Below are positions 33,401-42,677 of a stretch of 64,000 nucleotides of DNA, in pieces. Positions within the stretch are counted from its first letter, which is position 1. Each line of letters starts with the position of its first letter. Below the pieces are notes generated by a model. It was not told the DNA's origin and ran no database searches. It saw nothing but the letters and a program-made list of their open reading frames with translations. The translations under genes were made by a program, and so were the position numbers. The DNA is from a plasmid, in sequence record NZ_CP069678.1, one strand, 5' to 3'.

Positions 33401-34157
33401 CACGTTCAGTTATCCCGACAGTCACGAGCCAGCTCTGAACAAACTTACCCTGACGATCCCAGAGGGAATGGTTGTTGCGGTCGTCGGTCGCAGCGGTGCG
33501 GGTAAGTCGACGCTGATTAAGCTGATTGCCGGGTTGTATTTCCCCACGCACGGCAACATCAGAATCGGTGTGCAAATGCTCGATGATGCCTCGCTCGCTG
33601 AGTATCGTCGCCAGATTGGGCTTGTCGATCAGGATGTAGCACTGTTTAGTAGTGATATTGCAGAAAACATTCGTTATTCACGGCCATCCGCCACCAATGA
33701 AGACGTTGAAATTGCCTCACAGCGGGCAGGGCTGTATGAGATGGTGTGCAATCTGCCGCAGGGATTCCGGACACCAGTGAATAACGGCGGAGCCGATCTG
33801 TCCGCAGGTCAGCGCCAGTTGATTGCGCTGTCCCGCGCGCAACTGGCTAATGCTCACATCCTGCTGCTCGACGAAGCCACGTCATGTCTGGATCGCACAT
33901 CCGAAGAACGACTGATGTCATCGTTAACAGATGTCGTGCATGCCGGGAAGCACTCGGCGCTGATTGTTGCACATCGTCTGACCACCGCGCAACGCTGCGA
34001 TCTGATTGCCGTTATTGATAAGGGGTTACTTGCGGAATACGGAACCCACGAACAGCTGTTATCTGCGGGCGGCCTCTATACCCGCTTATGGCATGACAGC
34101 GTCAGCAGTACTGCGCTCCATCGCCAGCACAACATGAAGGAGGAAACCCCGGGATAG
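30498..34157 (+). CDS. iroC: IroC, ABC exporter (tandem TMD-NBD) for salmochelin
   Basis: Two six-TM domains and two NBDs (GASGSGKST/LSGGQRQR and GRSGAGKST/LSAGQRQL). Start chosen at MPANHT; the ORF opens at 30372. Confidence 0.85.
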   Translation: MPANHTPTPAQSWIVRLARVCWESKKLSVIVVVASVSTILLAALTPLLTRQAVNDALAGNPARLPWLACGLLLIAFFDFIGNYVRRGYAGMLSLWVQHTLRGRVFDSIQKLDGAGQDALRTGQVISRTNSDLQQVHTLLQMCPVPLAVFTYYIAGIAVMLWMSPAMTLIVVCVLVCLAITALRARRRVFAQTGLASDQLANLTEHIREVLAQISVVKSCVAEMRETHWLDRQSRQIVRVRIGAVISQAMPGATMLALPVLGQIVLLCYGGWSVMHGRIDLGTFVAFASFLAMLTGPTRVLASFLVIAQRTQASVERVFALIDTRSQMEDGTESINSQVVGLELENMSFDYHHGDRHILSDISFSLRAGETVAVVGASGSGKSTLLMLLARFYDPCSGKIWLNTSEGRQNLRDIRLEALRRRVGIVFEDAFLFAGTVAENIAYGHPQATADDIRRAAAAAGASDFINALPKGFDSLLTERGTNLSGGQRQRIALARALITAPDVLILDDTTSAVDAVTEAEINTALGRYADEGHMLLVIARRRSTLQLASRVVVLDKGRMVDTGTPAELEARCPAFRALMTGDSDFLATSHNSHNELWPAEPATQDDVTDTGDKGFVARMTRVPENAVQQALAGKGRKVTSLLKPVAWMFVIAALLIALDSAAGVGVLILLQHGIDSGVAAGDMSTIGLCALLALSLVIVGWCSYSLQTVFAARAAESVQHSVRLRSFGHMLRLGLPWHEKHADSRLTRMTVDVDSLARFLQNGLAGAATSLVTMFAIAATMFWLDPFLALTALSAVPVAALATMIYRRLSTPAYAQARLEIGKVNSTLQEKVSGMRVVQSHGQQELEGARLRALSERFRATRVRAQKYLAVYFPFLTFCTEASYAAVLLVGASQVAAGEMTAGVLAAFFLLLGQFYGPVQQLSGIVDAWQQATASGKHIDELLATEGTENLGSSSVLPVTGALHLDEVTFSYPDSHEPALNKLTLTIPEGMVVAVVGRSGAGKSTLIKLIAGLYFPTHGNIRIGVQMLDDASLAEYRRQIGLVDQDVALFSSDIAENIRYSRPSATNEDVEIASQRAGLYEMVCNLPQGFRTPVNNGGADLSAGQRQLIALSRAQLANAHILLLDEATSCLDRTSEERLMSSLTDVVHAGKHSALIVAHRLTTAQRCDLIAVIDKGLLAEYGTHEQLLSAGGLYTRLWHDSVSSTALHRQHNMKEETPG

Positions 34158-34260
34158 TTACTGGACACGTAATGTATTAAAAACACAGTCAGAAGCGGCG
34201 GTACCGTGAATAGCCGCTTTAATTATTTATACTGACATCCTTAATTTTTAAAGAGTATGA

Positions 34261-35490
34261 ATGCTGAACATGCAACAACATCCCTCTGCTATCGCCAGCC
34301 TGCGCAACCAACTGGCAGCGGGCCACATTGCTAACCTTACTGACTTCTGGCGCGAAGCTGAGTCGCTGAATGTTCCTCTTGTGACGCCAGTCGAAGGAGC
34401 GGAAGATGAGCGAGAAGTTACCTTTCTGTGGCGCGCCCGACATCCTCTGCAGGGCGTTTATCTGCGTCTGAACCGGGTGACGGATAAAGAGCACGTAGAA
34501 AAAGGAATGATGAGCGCCCTTCCCGAAACGGATATCTGGACACTGACACTGCGTTTACCCGCAAGTTACTGCGGCTCCTATTCGCTGCTGGAAATCCCCC
34601 CCGGCACTACGGCTGAGACGATTGCACTGTCCGGAGGCCGTTTTTCCACCCTCGCCGGAAAAGCCGATCCGCTAAACAAAATGCCGGAGATCAACGTTCG
34701 GGGGAACGCAAAGGAATCAGTGCTGACACTTGATAAAGCTCCCGCCCTGTCGGAATGGAACGGCGGCTTCCACACCGGACAACTGCTTACCTCCATGCGC
34801 ATTATCGCCGGGAAATCTCGCCAGATTCGGCTCTATATTCCGGATGTTGATATTTCTCAGCCCCTCGGGCTGGTCGTGCTGCCCGATGGTGAAACCTGGT
34901 TTGATCACCTTGGCGTATGCGCGGCAATTGACGCCGCCATAAATAACGGGCGCATCGTGCCCGTGGCTGTACTGGGCATTGACAACATTAATGAACATGA
35001 ACGCACTGAGATACTCGGCGGGCGCAGCAAACTGATAAAGGATATCGCCGGACATCTGCTGCCGATGATTCGCGCTGAACAACCGCAGCGTCAGTGGGCA
35101 GACCGTTCGCGCACAGTGCTGGCCGGGCAGAGCCTCGGCGGGATCAGTGCGCTAATGGGGGCTCGTTACGCACCGGAAACGTTCGGTCTGGTGCTCAGCC
35201 ACTCTCCTTCAATGTGGTGGACGCCAGAAAGAACCAGTCGACCAGGCTTGTTCAGCGAAACCGATACCTCATGGGTGAGTGAGCATCTGCTTTCTGCCCC
35301 ACCGCAGGGCGTACGTATCAGCCTGTGCGTGGGATCGCTGGAAGGTTCGACAGTGCCTCACGTTCAGCAGCTTCACCAGCGGCTGATTACCGCTGGCGTC
35401 GAAAGCCATTGCGCAATTTACACCGGTGGTCACGATTACGCATGGTGGCGCGGTGCACTGATTGACGGGATTGGTTTACTACAGGGTTGA
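34261..35490 (+). CDS. iroD: IroD, Fes-like salmochelin/enterobactin esterase
   Basis: 409-aa alpha/beta hydrolase with GQSLGG around the nucleophile. Position in the iro cluster. Confidence 0.85.
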   Translation: MLNMQQHPSAIASLRNQLAAGHIANLTDFWREAESLNVPLVTPVEGAEDEREVTFLWRARHPLQGVYLRLNRVTDKEHVEKGMMSALPETDIWTLTLRLPASYCGSYSLLEIPPGTTAETIALSGGRFSTLAGKADPLNKMPEINVRGNAKESVLTLDKAPALSEWNGGFHTGQLLTSMRIIAGKSRQIRLYIPDVDISQPLGLVVLPDGETWFDHLGVCAAIDAAINNGRIVPVAVLGIDNINEHERTEILGGRSKLIKDIAGHLLPMIRAEQPQRQWADRSRTVLAGQSLGGISALMGARYAPETFGLVLSHSPSMWWTPERTSRPGLFSETDTSWVSEHLLSAPPQGVRISLCVGSLEGSTVPHVQQLHQRLITAGVESHCAIYTGGHDYAWWRGALIDGIGLLQG

Positions 35491-35574
35491 GTTGACCCAC
35501 AAACACTTTCAGGAAACGGTACAGACTTCCCGAATAAATCAAATTGTCACCTGCGGAAAAGGAATAATCATCAG

Positions 35575-36531
35575 ATGTATGCCCGCGAGTATCGCTCAAC
35601 ACGCCCGCATAAAGCGATTTTCTTTCATCTTTCTTGCCTCACCCTTATCTGTAGTGCGCAAGTTTATGCGAAGCCGGATATGCGGCCACTGGGGCCGAAT
35701 ATAGCCGATAAAGGCTCCGTGTTTTACCATTTCAGCACCACCTCTTTCGACTCTGTCGATGGCACACGCCATTATCGGGTATGGACGGCCGTGCCGAATA
35801 CAACCGCACCGGCATCGGGTTACCCGATTTTATATATGCTTGACGGTAACGCAGTTATGGACCGCCTGGATGACGAACTGCTCAAACAATTGTCAGAAAA
35901 AACACCGCCAGTGATCGTGGCTGTCGGGTATCAGACCAACCTCCCTTTCGATCTCAACAGCAGGGCTTACGACTATACGCCAGCAGCAGAAAGCAGAAAA
36001 ACAGATCTCCACTCAGGGCGTTTTAGCCGTAAGAGTGGTGGCAGCAACAACTTCCGCCAGTTACTGGAAACGCGTATTGCCCCAAAAGTGGAACAGGGAC
36101 TGAATATCGATCGGCAACGCCGCGGCTTATGGGGGCACTCCTACGGCGGCCTCTTCGTGCTGGATTCCTGGCTGTCCTCCTCTTACTTCCGGTCGTACTA
36201 CAGTGCCAGCCCGTCGTTGGGCAGAGGTTATGATGCTTTGCTAAGCCGCGTTACGGCGGTTGAGCCTCTGCAATTCTGCGCCAAACACCTGGCGATAATG
36301 GAAGGCTCGGCGACACAGGGTGATAACCGGGAAACGCATGCTGTCGGGGTGCTGTCGAAAATTCATACCACCCTCACTATACTGAAAGATAAAGGCGTCA
36401 ATGTCGTATTTTGGGATTTCCCCAACTTGGGACACGGGCCGATGTTCAATGCCTCCTTTCGCCAGGCACTGTTAGATATCAGTGGTGAAAACGCAAATTA
36501 CACAGCAGGTTGTCATGAGTTAAGCCACTAA
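35575..36531 (+). CDS. iroE: IroE, periplasmic trilactone hydrolase
   Basis: 318 aa with a signal/anchor, GHSYGG around the nucleophile. Confidence 0.85.
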   Translation: MYAREYRSTRPHKAIFFHLSCLTLICSAQVYAKPDMRPLGPNIADKGSVFYHFSTTSFDSVDGTRHYRVWTAVPNTTAPASGYPILYMLDGNAVMDRLDDELLKQLSEKTPPVIVAVGYQTNLPFDLNSRAYDYTPAAESRKTDLHSGRFSRKSGGSNNFRQLLETRIAPKVEQGLNIDRQRRGLWGHSYGGLFVLDSWLSSSYFRSYYSASPSLGRGYDALLSRVTAVEPLQFCAKHLAIMEGSATQGDNRETHAVGVLSKIHTTLTILKDKGVNVVFWDFPNLGHGPMFNASFRQALLDISGENANYTAGCHELSH

Positions 36532-36575
36532 ACACTGCCCGCTTTTACGCGGGCAGTACGCCTGAAACACTACGA

Positions 36576-38753
36576 TCAGAATGATGCGGTAACTCCGGCA
36601 TAGTAAGCCCGGCCTGGCTCGTTATAGGTATTCGCCCCTTCAGAAGATCGGAAGATCTGTTTATTGAGGATATTACTGACGCCGACATTAAGACGCAGAT
36701 TTTTATTAATATCGTAATTGAAGTTCGTCCCCACCAGTGAATAAGCGCCCAGCTCTTTACCTGACAGACCGCCAGTATCTTCACTGCGGGTTTCCGCATG
36801 AGTACGCGGTTTTTGTCTGCCATATAACGTCCAGTTGACGCTGGCAGAAAACGCCTGGGTGATGGTCCAGTTAAGCGAGTTATTGATAGTATATTTCGGG
36901 ATGACCGACAGAGGATTACCGGTGTCTTTTTGCTCCGAAGTGATCATCCATGTGGCATTGGTATTCCAGTTCAGACGATCTTTCACCAGTGGGAAAGACA
37001 TACTGGCTTCGATACCGTCCACCAGAGCTTTCCCGCCATTCTGCCACTTGAGGATATATGCGCCTGAAGCGGTTTGCCCGATAACGTTATCCCCGGCCAC
37101 GATCTTATTCTGGTAATCATTGCGGAAGTAGGTCACACTTGCGTGGTAATCTTCCCAGGTGAACTCCAGCCCAATTTCTTTATTGACGCTGATTTCCGGA
37201 TCGAGATCTTTATTACCGATCAGGTAGCACCCGCCTGATGTAATATCTTTTGGACAGCCATTGCCTTTCGAGTAGAGCAGATAGCCTTCACTGGATTGAT
37301 ACAGGTTTGGGGCTTTAAAGGTTCGGGCAACCCCTGCTTTGACTTTGAAATAATCGCCCAATTCCTGCGAAAGATTCAGACTGGGGCTGAAGTTCCCGCC
37401 GGAGTCGCTGAGATAATCAAAGCGCAGGCCGGGAATGATATTCGTGCCAGGAACCGGCTCAATGTTATCTTCAATATACAGCGCACTGATTTGAGAATGA
37501 TTTTTACTGCTGCGATCCGCAGCAGAGCCAGAAATACCGCTGATATCACTGTCATTCACCGTCAGGCTGGTAGAGGAAGGATCATCGAGCTTATCGCGGT
37601 TCCACTCTGCACCAACGGTCAGCGTTTGATCAACCATCACATTCAAAGGAATATTAAGCTCGCCGCTGGTTCGCCAGGAACTCAGGCGATTGGTCGTAAA
37701 CTTTTCACCCGCTAAAATACGCCCTTCACCACCGCCGGATAATCCTTCATTCATGCGGGTATTATTGGTTTTCTCGTAATAAACACCAAAGCGACTTTGT
37801 CCCCAGTCCCAGATACCATTATGCGTAATGCCATAATTCTGTCGGTACAGGCGGTTCGTCTCTTTGCCGGATTTTGCCAGGCTTTCGGTAACTGCACTGG
37901 AAGAACTGTTTTGCGTATCGCCCGCATAGATATTCCCCTGGCGGCTATATCCGGCTTCGAAATCGAGAATCTGCTGCGGATTTAATTTCCACGAGACAAC
38001 GCCGTTAATATCTTTGTTACGTACCCCTTCATGCCCGGCTGCGTTTTTCGTACCGACCGGAGAATTAATATCCCAACTGTCAGCATCCGTTTTATTCAGG
38101 TTACCATACAAACGCGTGGTAAGAGCATTACCAGCCAGAGGCCCACTAAGGCTGAAATTGGCGCGACGCGTAGCGCCCTCATCGCTACTTTCCGGCTGAT
38201 TGGTGTATAACGACAGCGAACCGTGCCAGTCGTTGGTGGGACGTTTGGTAATGATGTTCACCACCCCCCCGGCTGCCCCCGAACCGTAGCGCGCCGCCGC
38301 AGGGCCGCGGATCACTTCAATACGCTCAACCTGTTCCGGTGGCACCCAGTTGGTGTCACCGCGGGTATCACGCTCTCCACGCCAGCTATAACGCACGGAG
38401 TTACGTGACGTCACCGGTACACCATCAATTAAAATTAAGGTGTTTTCCGGCCCCATACCACGAATATCGATCTGGCGGTTGTTACCGCGTGTGCCCGAGG
38501 CGCTATTGCCGGTAAGATTGACGCCAGGCATTTTACGAATAATATCTGAAAGGTCGTTTACCGGAGGGGTCTTTTTAATATCCTCGCTGGTAATAACCGA
38601 CACGCCCGGCTGCTGTTTTAATACCTGCTCAGCGGTGGCTTCCACCACCAGAGTCTCGTCATTATCATCGTCGGAGGATTTGGCTACTGATACCTGGCTA
38701 TTCAACCCAACCAGGAGCACAGTTAGCGACCAGAGGATTTTGTTAATTCTCAT
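36576..38753 (-). CDS. iroN: IroN, TonB-dependent salmochelin receptor
   Basis: 725 aa with a signal peptide, TonB box (ETLVVEA), plug and 22-strand barrel, and a C-terminal F. Convergent with iroBCDE. Confidence 0.9.
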   Translation of the reverse strand: MRINKILWSLTVLLVGLNSQVSVAKSSDDDNDETLVVEATAEQVLKQQPGVSVITSEDIKKTPPVNDLSDIIRKMPGVNLTGNSASGTRGNNRQIDIRGMGPENTLILIDGVPVTSRNSVRYSWRGERDTRGDTNWVPPEQVERIEVIRGPAAARYGSGAAGGVVNIITKRPTNDWHGSLSLYTNQPESSDEGATRRANFSLSGPLAGNALTTRLYGNLNKTDADSWDINSPVGTKNAAGHEGVRNKDINGVVSWKLNPQQILDFEAGYSRQGNIYAGDTQNSSSSAVTESLAKSGKETNRLYRQNYGITHNGIWDWGQSRFGVYYEKTNNTRMNEGLSGGGEGRILAGEKFTTNRLSSWRTSGELNIPLNVMVDQTLTVGAEWNRDKLDDPSSTSLTVNDSDISGISGSAADRSSKNHSQISALYIEDNIEPVPGTNIIPGLRFDYLSDSGGNFSPSLNLSQELGDYFKVKAGVARTFKAPNLYQSSEGYLLYSKGNGCPKDITSGGCYLIGNKDLDPEISVNKEIGLEFTWEDYHASVTYFRNDYQNKIVAGDNVIGQTASGAYILKWQNGGKALVDGIEASMSFPLVKDRLNWNTNATWMITSEQKDTGNPLSVIPKYTINNSLNWTITQAFSASVNWTLYGRQKPRTHAETRSEDTGGLSGKELGAYSLVGTNFNYDINKNLRLNVGVSNILNKQIFRSSEGANTYNEPGRAYYAGVTASF

Positions 38754-38848
38754 ACCTATTCCCTAATAAATGCCTAACTTAAAATGTTTGATCGTTAAGC
38801 TCACATCCTTGCCAGATATTTCTTACTGCCATTATTGTTTTTATATAA

Positions 38849-38868
38849 GAATGATAATTAATATCATT
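38849..38868. promoter_or_regulatory. Fur box in the iroN promoter region
   Basis: GAATGATAATTAATATCATT lies ~95 bp upstream of the iroN start. Confidence 0.45.
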
Positions 38869-39618
38869 TAGTAAAAGAAAAAGCAATCCCTCACAAGATA
38901 CATATATTGATTTTTCATAAATATCAAATTGATATATAACATATGTTTTTTATTTCATTGCACTTGTCGATCATCGGGAATTTTGTCACAATTTCTCACG
39001 GATAGTGTTCACATTGTTTCTGACCTGCATTTCAGGCGCGGGCGCTGCTTATGTATATAAGGGCCTGTGGTCGACGAATCAGCATAATCAGATCTTCCTG
39101 CGAACAATTTCTTTCAGCGTATCAGGCAGCACTATCGGATTATCTACGAGCGTTTTTGATTCACATTGTGTGTGAAACTTCATACATCATGATTCGCTTT
39201 CCCTACTCAGTTCTGATGATTGTTTTTTATTCTATTAACACGGAGTTAAGATTCTACCCTCGGTGTCCTCATTATTAATGAGGAATGCTACCTATCTAAA
39301 AACTGACCGAAACTTTGGGGCATCCCTGGAGGTTTCCAAGGAGAAAAAGGTGACAGTGATAGTGCCACATTGTGAGGAAATTCCTGAGAAACTCCTGAGA
39401 AACTCCTGGTTCACACACATAATTCAGGAGCTTGCCATAGATAGTAACCAATTGTTTTATATTTTAAGACCATTAAATACGCGGCTACGATAGCGCTTTA
39501 TATAATCATAAACTGTAGAGATAAAATATCTGCTTCTCTGATAACACTAATTGAGTGTCTTAAACTAAGTAATTTCATTTTTCCCCCTTTAAAAGCAATA
39601 TATGTGCAATAGTTGAAG

Positions 39619-40653
39619 TTAAAGCTGTGCTGCCAGAGTTGATAATAATTGTTCTGTCTGTTGCCATGATATGCATTCATCAGTAACAGACTGACCATAC
39701 TCTAGCGGAAAACTATCGGATTGTTTTCCATCTTGTAAAAAGCTTTCCACCATAATGCCAGCTACATATCCTGGTATTTTTTTCCGATTATCTATAACTT
39801 GACGTGCAACGGAAATTTGCCGTTTAGCCACTTTACCGCTATTACCATGGCTACAATCAATTATCAGACGATGGTTAATGCCCTCATCATGCATTAATTT
39901 CACTGCCTTAGTTATATCAGACAAACCATAGTTAGGTTCTCTACCTCCACGTAATATTAGATGTCCATGTGGATTGCCATCGGTTAATAGTGTAGATATA
40001 CTATTTGTTAAAGATGTCATATATACAATATGTTGTTCACGGGCTGCAATAATAGCGTCAATAGCTAAGTTAATATTTCCATCAGTACTGTTTTTAAATC
40101 CAACTGGACAATGTAAACCAGACGCAAGTTGACGATGCGTTTGTGATTCAGTGGTTCTGGCACCAATAGCACCCCAACATATTAAATCAGCAATATAGGG
40201 AGTAAGAAAAGGATCGAGGAATTCTGTAGCGGTTGCGACACGCATCGTTGTGATTGAAGACAAACACTGGCGAGCATATCGTATCCCTTTCTCAACATCA
40301 TAACTTCCATTTAGATCAGGATCGTGCATTATTCCCTTCCAGCCTTTACGGGTTCGAGGTTTCTCAAAATAAGTGCGCATTACAATGTACATTTTCGATA
40401 AGTACTTATTCTGTAATACGAACAATCGCTTCGCATAATCAACTGCGGCCTGAACGTCATGGATTGAGCATGGACCAACAATCACAAGTAAGCGAGGATC
40501 TTTTCCCAGCAAAATATTCGCTATAATATCTCGTTGCAGAGAGATCCATGTTACGGTTTCTTCCGATACTGCGATTTCTTTATGAATCTCGCCCACAGTG
40601 GGTAAACTGCCAAGCAACTTCCCGCGGTAGATTAATTTACTAGCTGACTGCAT
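39619..40653 (-). CDS. class I-alpha (AroG/F/H-type) DAHP synthase
   Basis: 344 aa, collinear with E. coli AroG (VIVGPCSIHD, KPRT, GARTTESQ). SD AGGAG 7 nt upstream. Confidence 0.85.
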   Translation of the reverse strand: MQSASKLIYRGKLLGSLPTVGEIHKEIAVSEETVTWISLQRDIIANILLGKDPRLLVIVGPCSIHDVQAAVDYAKRLFVLQNKYLSKMYIVMRTYFEKPRTRKGWKGIMHDPDLNGSYDVEKGIRYARQCLSSITTMRVATATEFLDPFLTPYIADLICWGAIGARTTESQTHRQLASGLHCPVGFKNSTDGNINLAIDAIIAAREQHIVYMTSLTNSISTLLTDGNPHGHLILRGGREPNYGLSDITKAVKLMHDEGINHRLIIDCSHGNSGKVAKRQISVARQVIDNRKKIPGYVAGIMVESFLQDGKQSDSFPLEYGQSVTDECISWQQTEQLLSTLAAQL

Positions 40654-40699
40654 CTTGTCTCCTAAAAGCGCTATTTCAGACCATCAGTTGCACACAGTA

Positions 40700-40721
40700 G
40701 ATGATAATGATAATCATTTAC
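40700..40721. promoter_or_regulatory. near-consensus Fur box overlapping the -10 of the DAHP synthase promoter
   Basis: GATGATAATGATAATCATTTAC matches 17/19 of GATAATGATAATCATTATC. On the gene strand it lies between TTGCCA (-35) and TATCAT (-10), ~50 nt upstream of the ATG. Confidence 0.55.
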
Positions 40722-41212
40722 TGTATAATTGGCAATATATGGGGATTCATAGTCATTTCTGAGATAATATACGTTAGGCCTTCTCTCCCGTACGGAAATC
40801 ACTTGTTTTCCGTAAATTACCTGAATCTTAATCCCTGAGCTGCGGCTAGCTGTGGAACTCACAAAAGCTGACCGGGCCGTGGCACAGCCTCTCTGCTGGC
40901 AGAACAGCGTACTGCAGAAGTCGTCGTACTGCCGCTGGTCCCGGCATCAGGTCTGCCCGCAGATGGCACTTCTGCCACTGATCTGCCGGTGGAGCTGAAC
41001 GGCATGACATATCAGGCCTGCCGTGGGGATTTTGTGGTGCGCCTCGACGGCAGCACCTGTCTGCAGTTATAGAATAAAGAAGGCGGGGAGGTACGCCGGG
41101 AGGGCGATCCGCTGGAAGTGGCGTAGTGGCTGTAGGCCTGTAATGATGCAGGAATAGAAGTTCGTGTACAGGTTAATGAAAGCATCACCCCGTAAAAACA
41201 TGCCGGCACGGT

Positions 41213-41521
41213 TTACACATCATTCCATGGTGGCAGCCGGTTAACTTTCCTGCGCCACCAGTGGAAAGAGGCCATGAGCAGTCCGAACAAAAAACCACTC
41301 GTGATACTTATAATAATGGCCTCACCTGCTACCATTCCTGACGGCCCCCAGTACATAAACCACATTGCACATCCCCAGGAAATACCCCATAAGCCCCCCA
41401 TCAGCAGCGTAACCTGCCAGAACGGCATAAAGGGCAATGGCGGAAGCCGGATACCCAGCCGCCAGAGAATACGCAGCAGAGGAGGAGCATAATTACTCCG
41501 CCACATCTTTTTGCTGTCCAT
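41213..41521 (-). CDS. hypothetical small membrane protein
   Basis: 102-aa ORF with two or three hydrophobic, Trp-rich segments. No recognised family. Confidence 0.3.
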   Translation of the reverse strand: MDSKKMWRSNYAPPLLRILWRLGIRLPPLPFMPFWQVTLLMGGLWGISWGCAMWFMYWGPSGMVAGEAIIISITSGFLFGLLMASFHWWRRKVNRLPPWNDV

Positions 41522-41619
41522 CAGGGCAATTGCCCGGGCTTTTTTTGCTCAAAAGTCACAGGAGCACCTCCGTTCCATGATGTAAACGTGACACAACTTA
41601 TTGTTATTGATTATTATTA

Positions 41620-42059
41620 TCATACCGTGATTATGTTGTCATGCACCTGTACACTGATAAAAGAAAGGGAGAACAGGAGGCTGGCTGAACAACCAATCCG
41701 TTCGTCCAGTTCAATGGCGGCTATCAGGTTCTGCTCCGCAATGTACTCACGAATGCGCTTCCTGTCCTGGCTGGCCAGCATGGTCCAGAATATCTCCATC
41801 ATTTACCGGCGACTTTCCTGCTCATTTCATCCCGCCATGCAGCAGCGGAAGATTCGACCATGTCATGGGGAAGCACATCGCCGCGCTCGAGTTGCTGACG
41901 TCCTGCCTCAACCTGGTCACGGAACCAGGTATTATGCTGCCGTTCCACGGTCTGGCGCATAAAATCCCGGATTAACTGAGAGCCATTACGGTCCATGCTT
42001 TTTGCAGGGCCATAAAAGCATCCTTCAGTTCAGCGTCAATTCTTAAACTCATATTAACC
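41620..42059 (-). pseudogene. decayed type II toxin-antitoxin pair (RHH/ParD-like antitoxin, frameshifted; RelE/ParE-like toxin, truncated)
   Basis: Minus strand MSLRIDAELKDAF... (RHH) shifts frame into ...MDRNGSQLIRDFMRQTVERQ... The downstream ORF 41620-41802 begins MMEIFWTMLASQDRKRIREYIAEQNL... (ParE-like) and then degenerates. Confidence 0.4.
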
Positions 42060-42677
42060 TGTGCCATTTATCACCCCGTCATTACCACGTATATACACAG
42101 TATATAACGATTCAGATATCGTCACTAGGATATGCCGCGCCAGCGGCATGGAAGGCGGCACTCCGCTGTTTCATATGATACCGCCGAAGCCCGATGTAAG
42201 CCGCTACAGTCGTCCGAAAGTCACCAGCCTCCTCCCCCCTGCCGTCATCCGTGCATCAGCTATGCACTGAGTATGCCTGCCCTTCCCTAGAGAATCCTGC
42301 CAGGCTTGCCACACTGATATATCTTGACTTTATGTAAACGATATGACACTTTAACATGATAATGATTACCATTCTCTTTTAATATACAGAGAAACTAGGA
42401 AATAGATGAATGAGTTATGTTACTTTAATATTCTCTGACAATAACCTAAATCAGTTAGATTATTGTCATTTAATAAATAATGACATTCTTTCATCATAAA
42501 TAAAAAGACTATTGTTTATAATATTGTTCTCAGCATTATATGATTATTTATCCTGATAACTCTCCTATGTTGTATGTTTATATGATTTTCCTTGAAACAT
42601 ATAATGCAAATTTTCGATTTATTTTCCATCATTAATCCAGATAAACAACAAACTAATAGTATGCAAGGAGACATTAT

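Noticed and set aside
39385-39410. Short tandem and direct repeats as candidate CRISPR arrays (CCTGAGAAACT x2 at 39385-39410; TATCCCATTAC x2 at 48074-48100)
   Set aside because: Only two copies each, 11 bp long and without spacers of regular length. This is not a CRISPR array. No cas genes are present in the window.
40671-40862. 63-aa minus-strand ORF upstream of the DAHP synthase
   Set aside because: It overlaps the -35/-10 and Fur box of the DAHP synthase promoter, with no SD. A promoter region is a better explanation than a gene.
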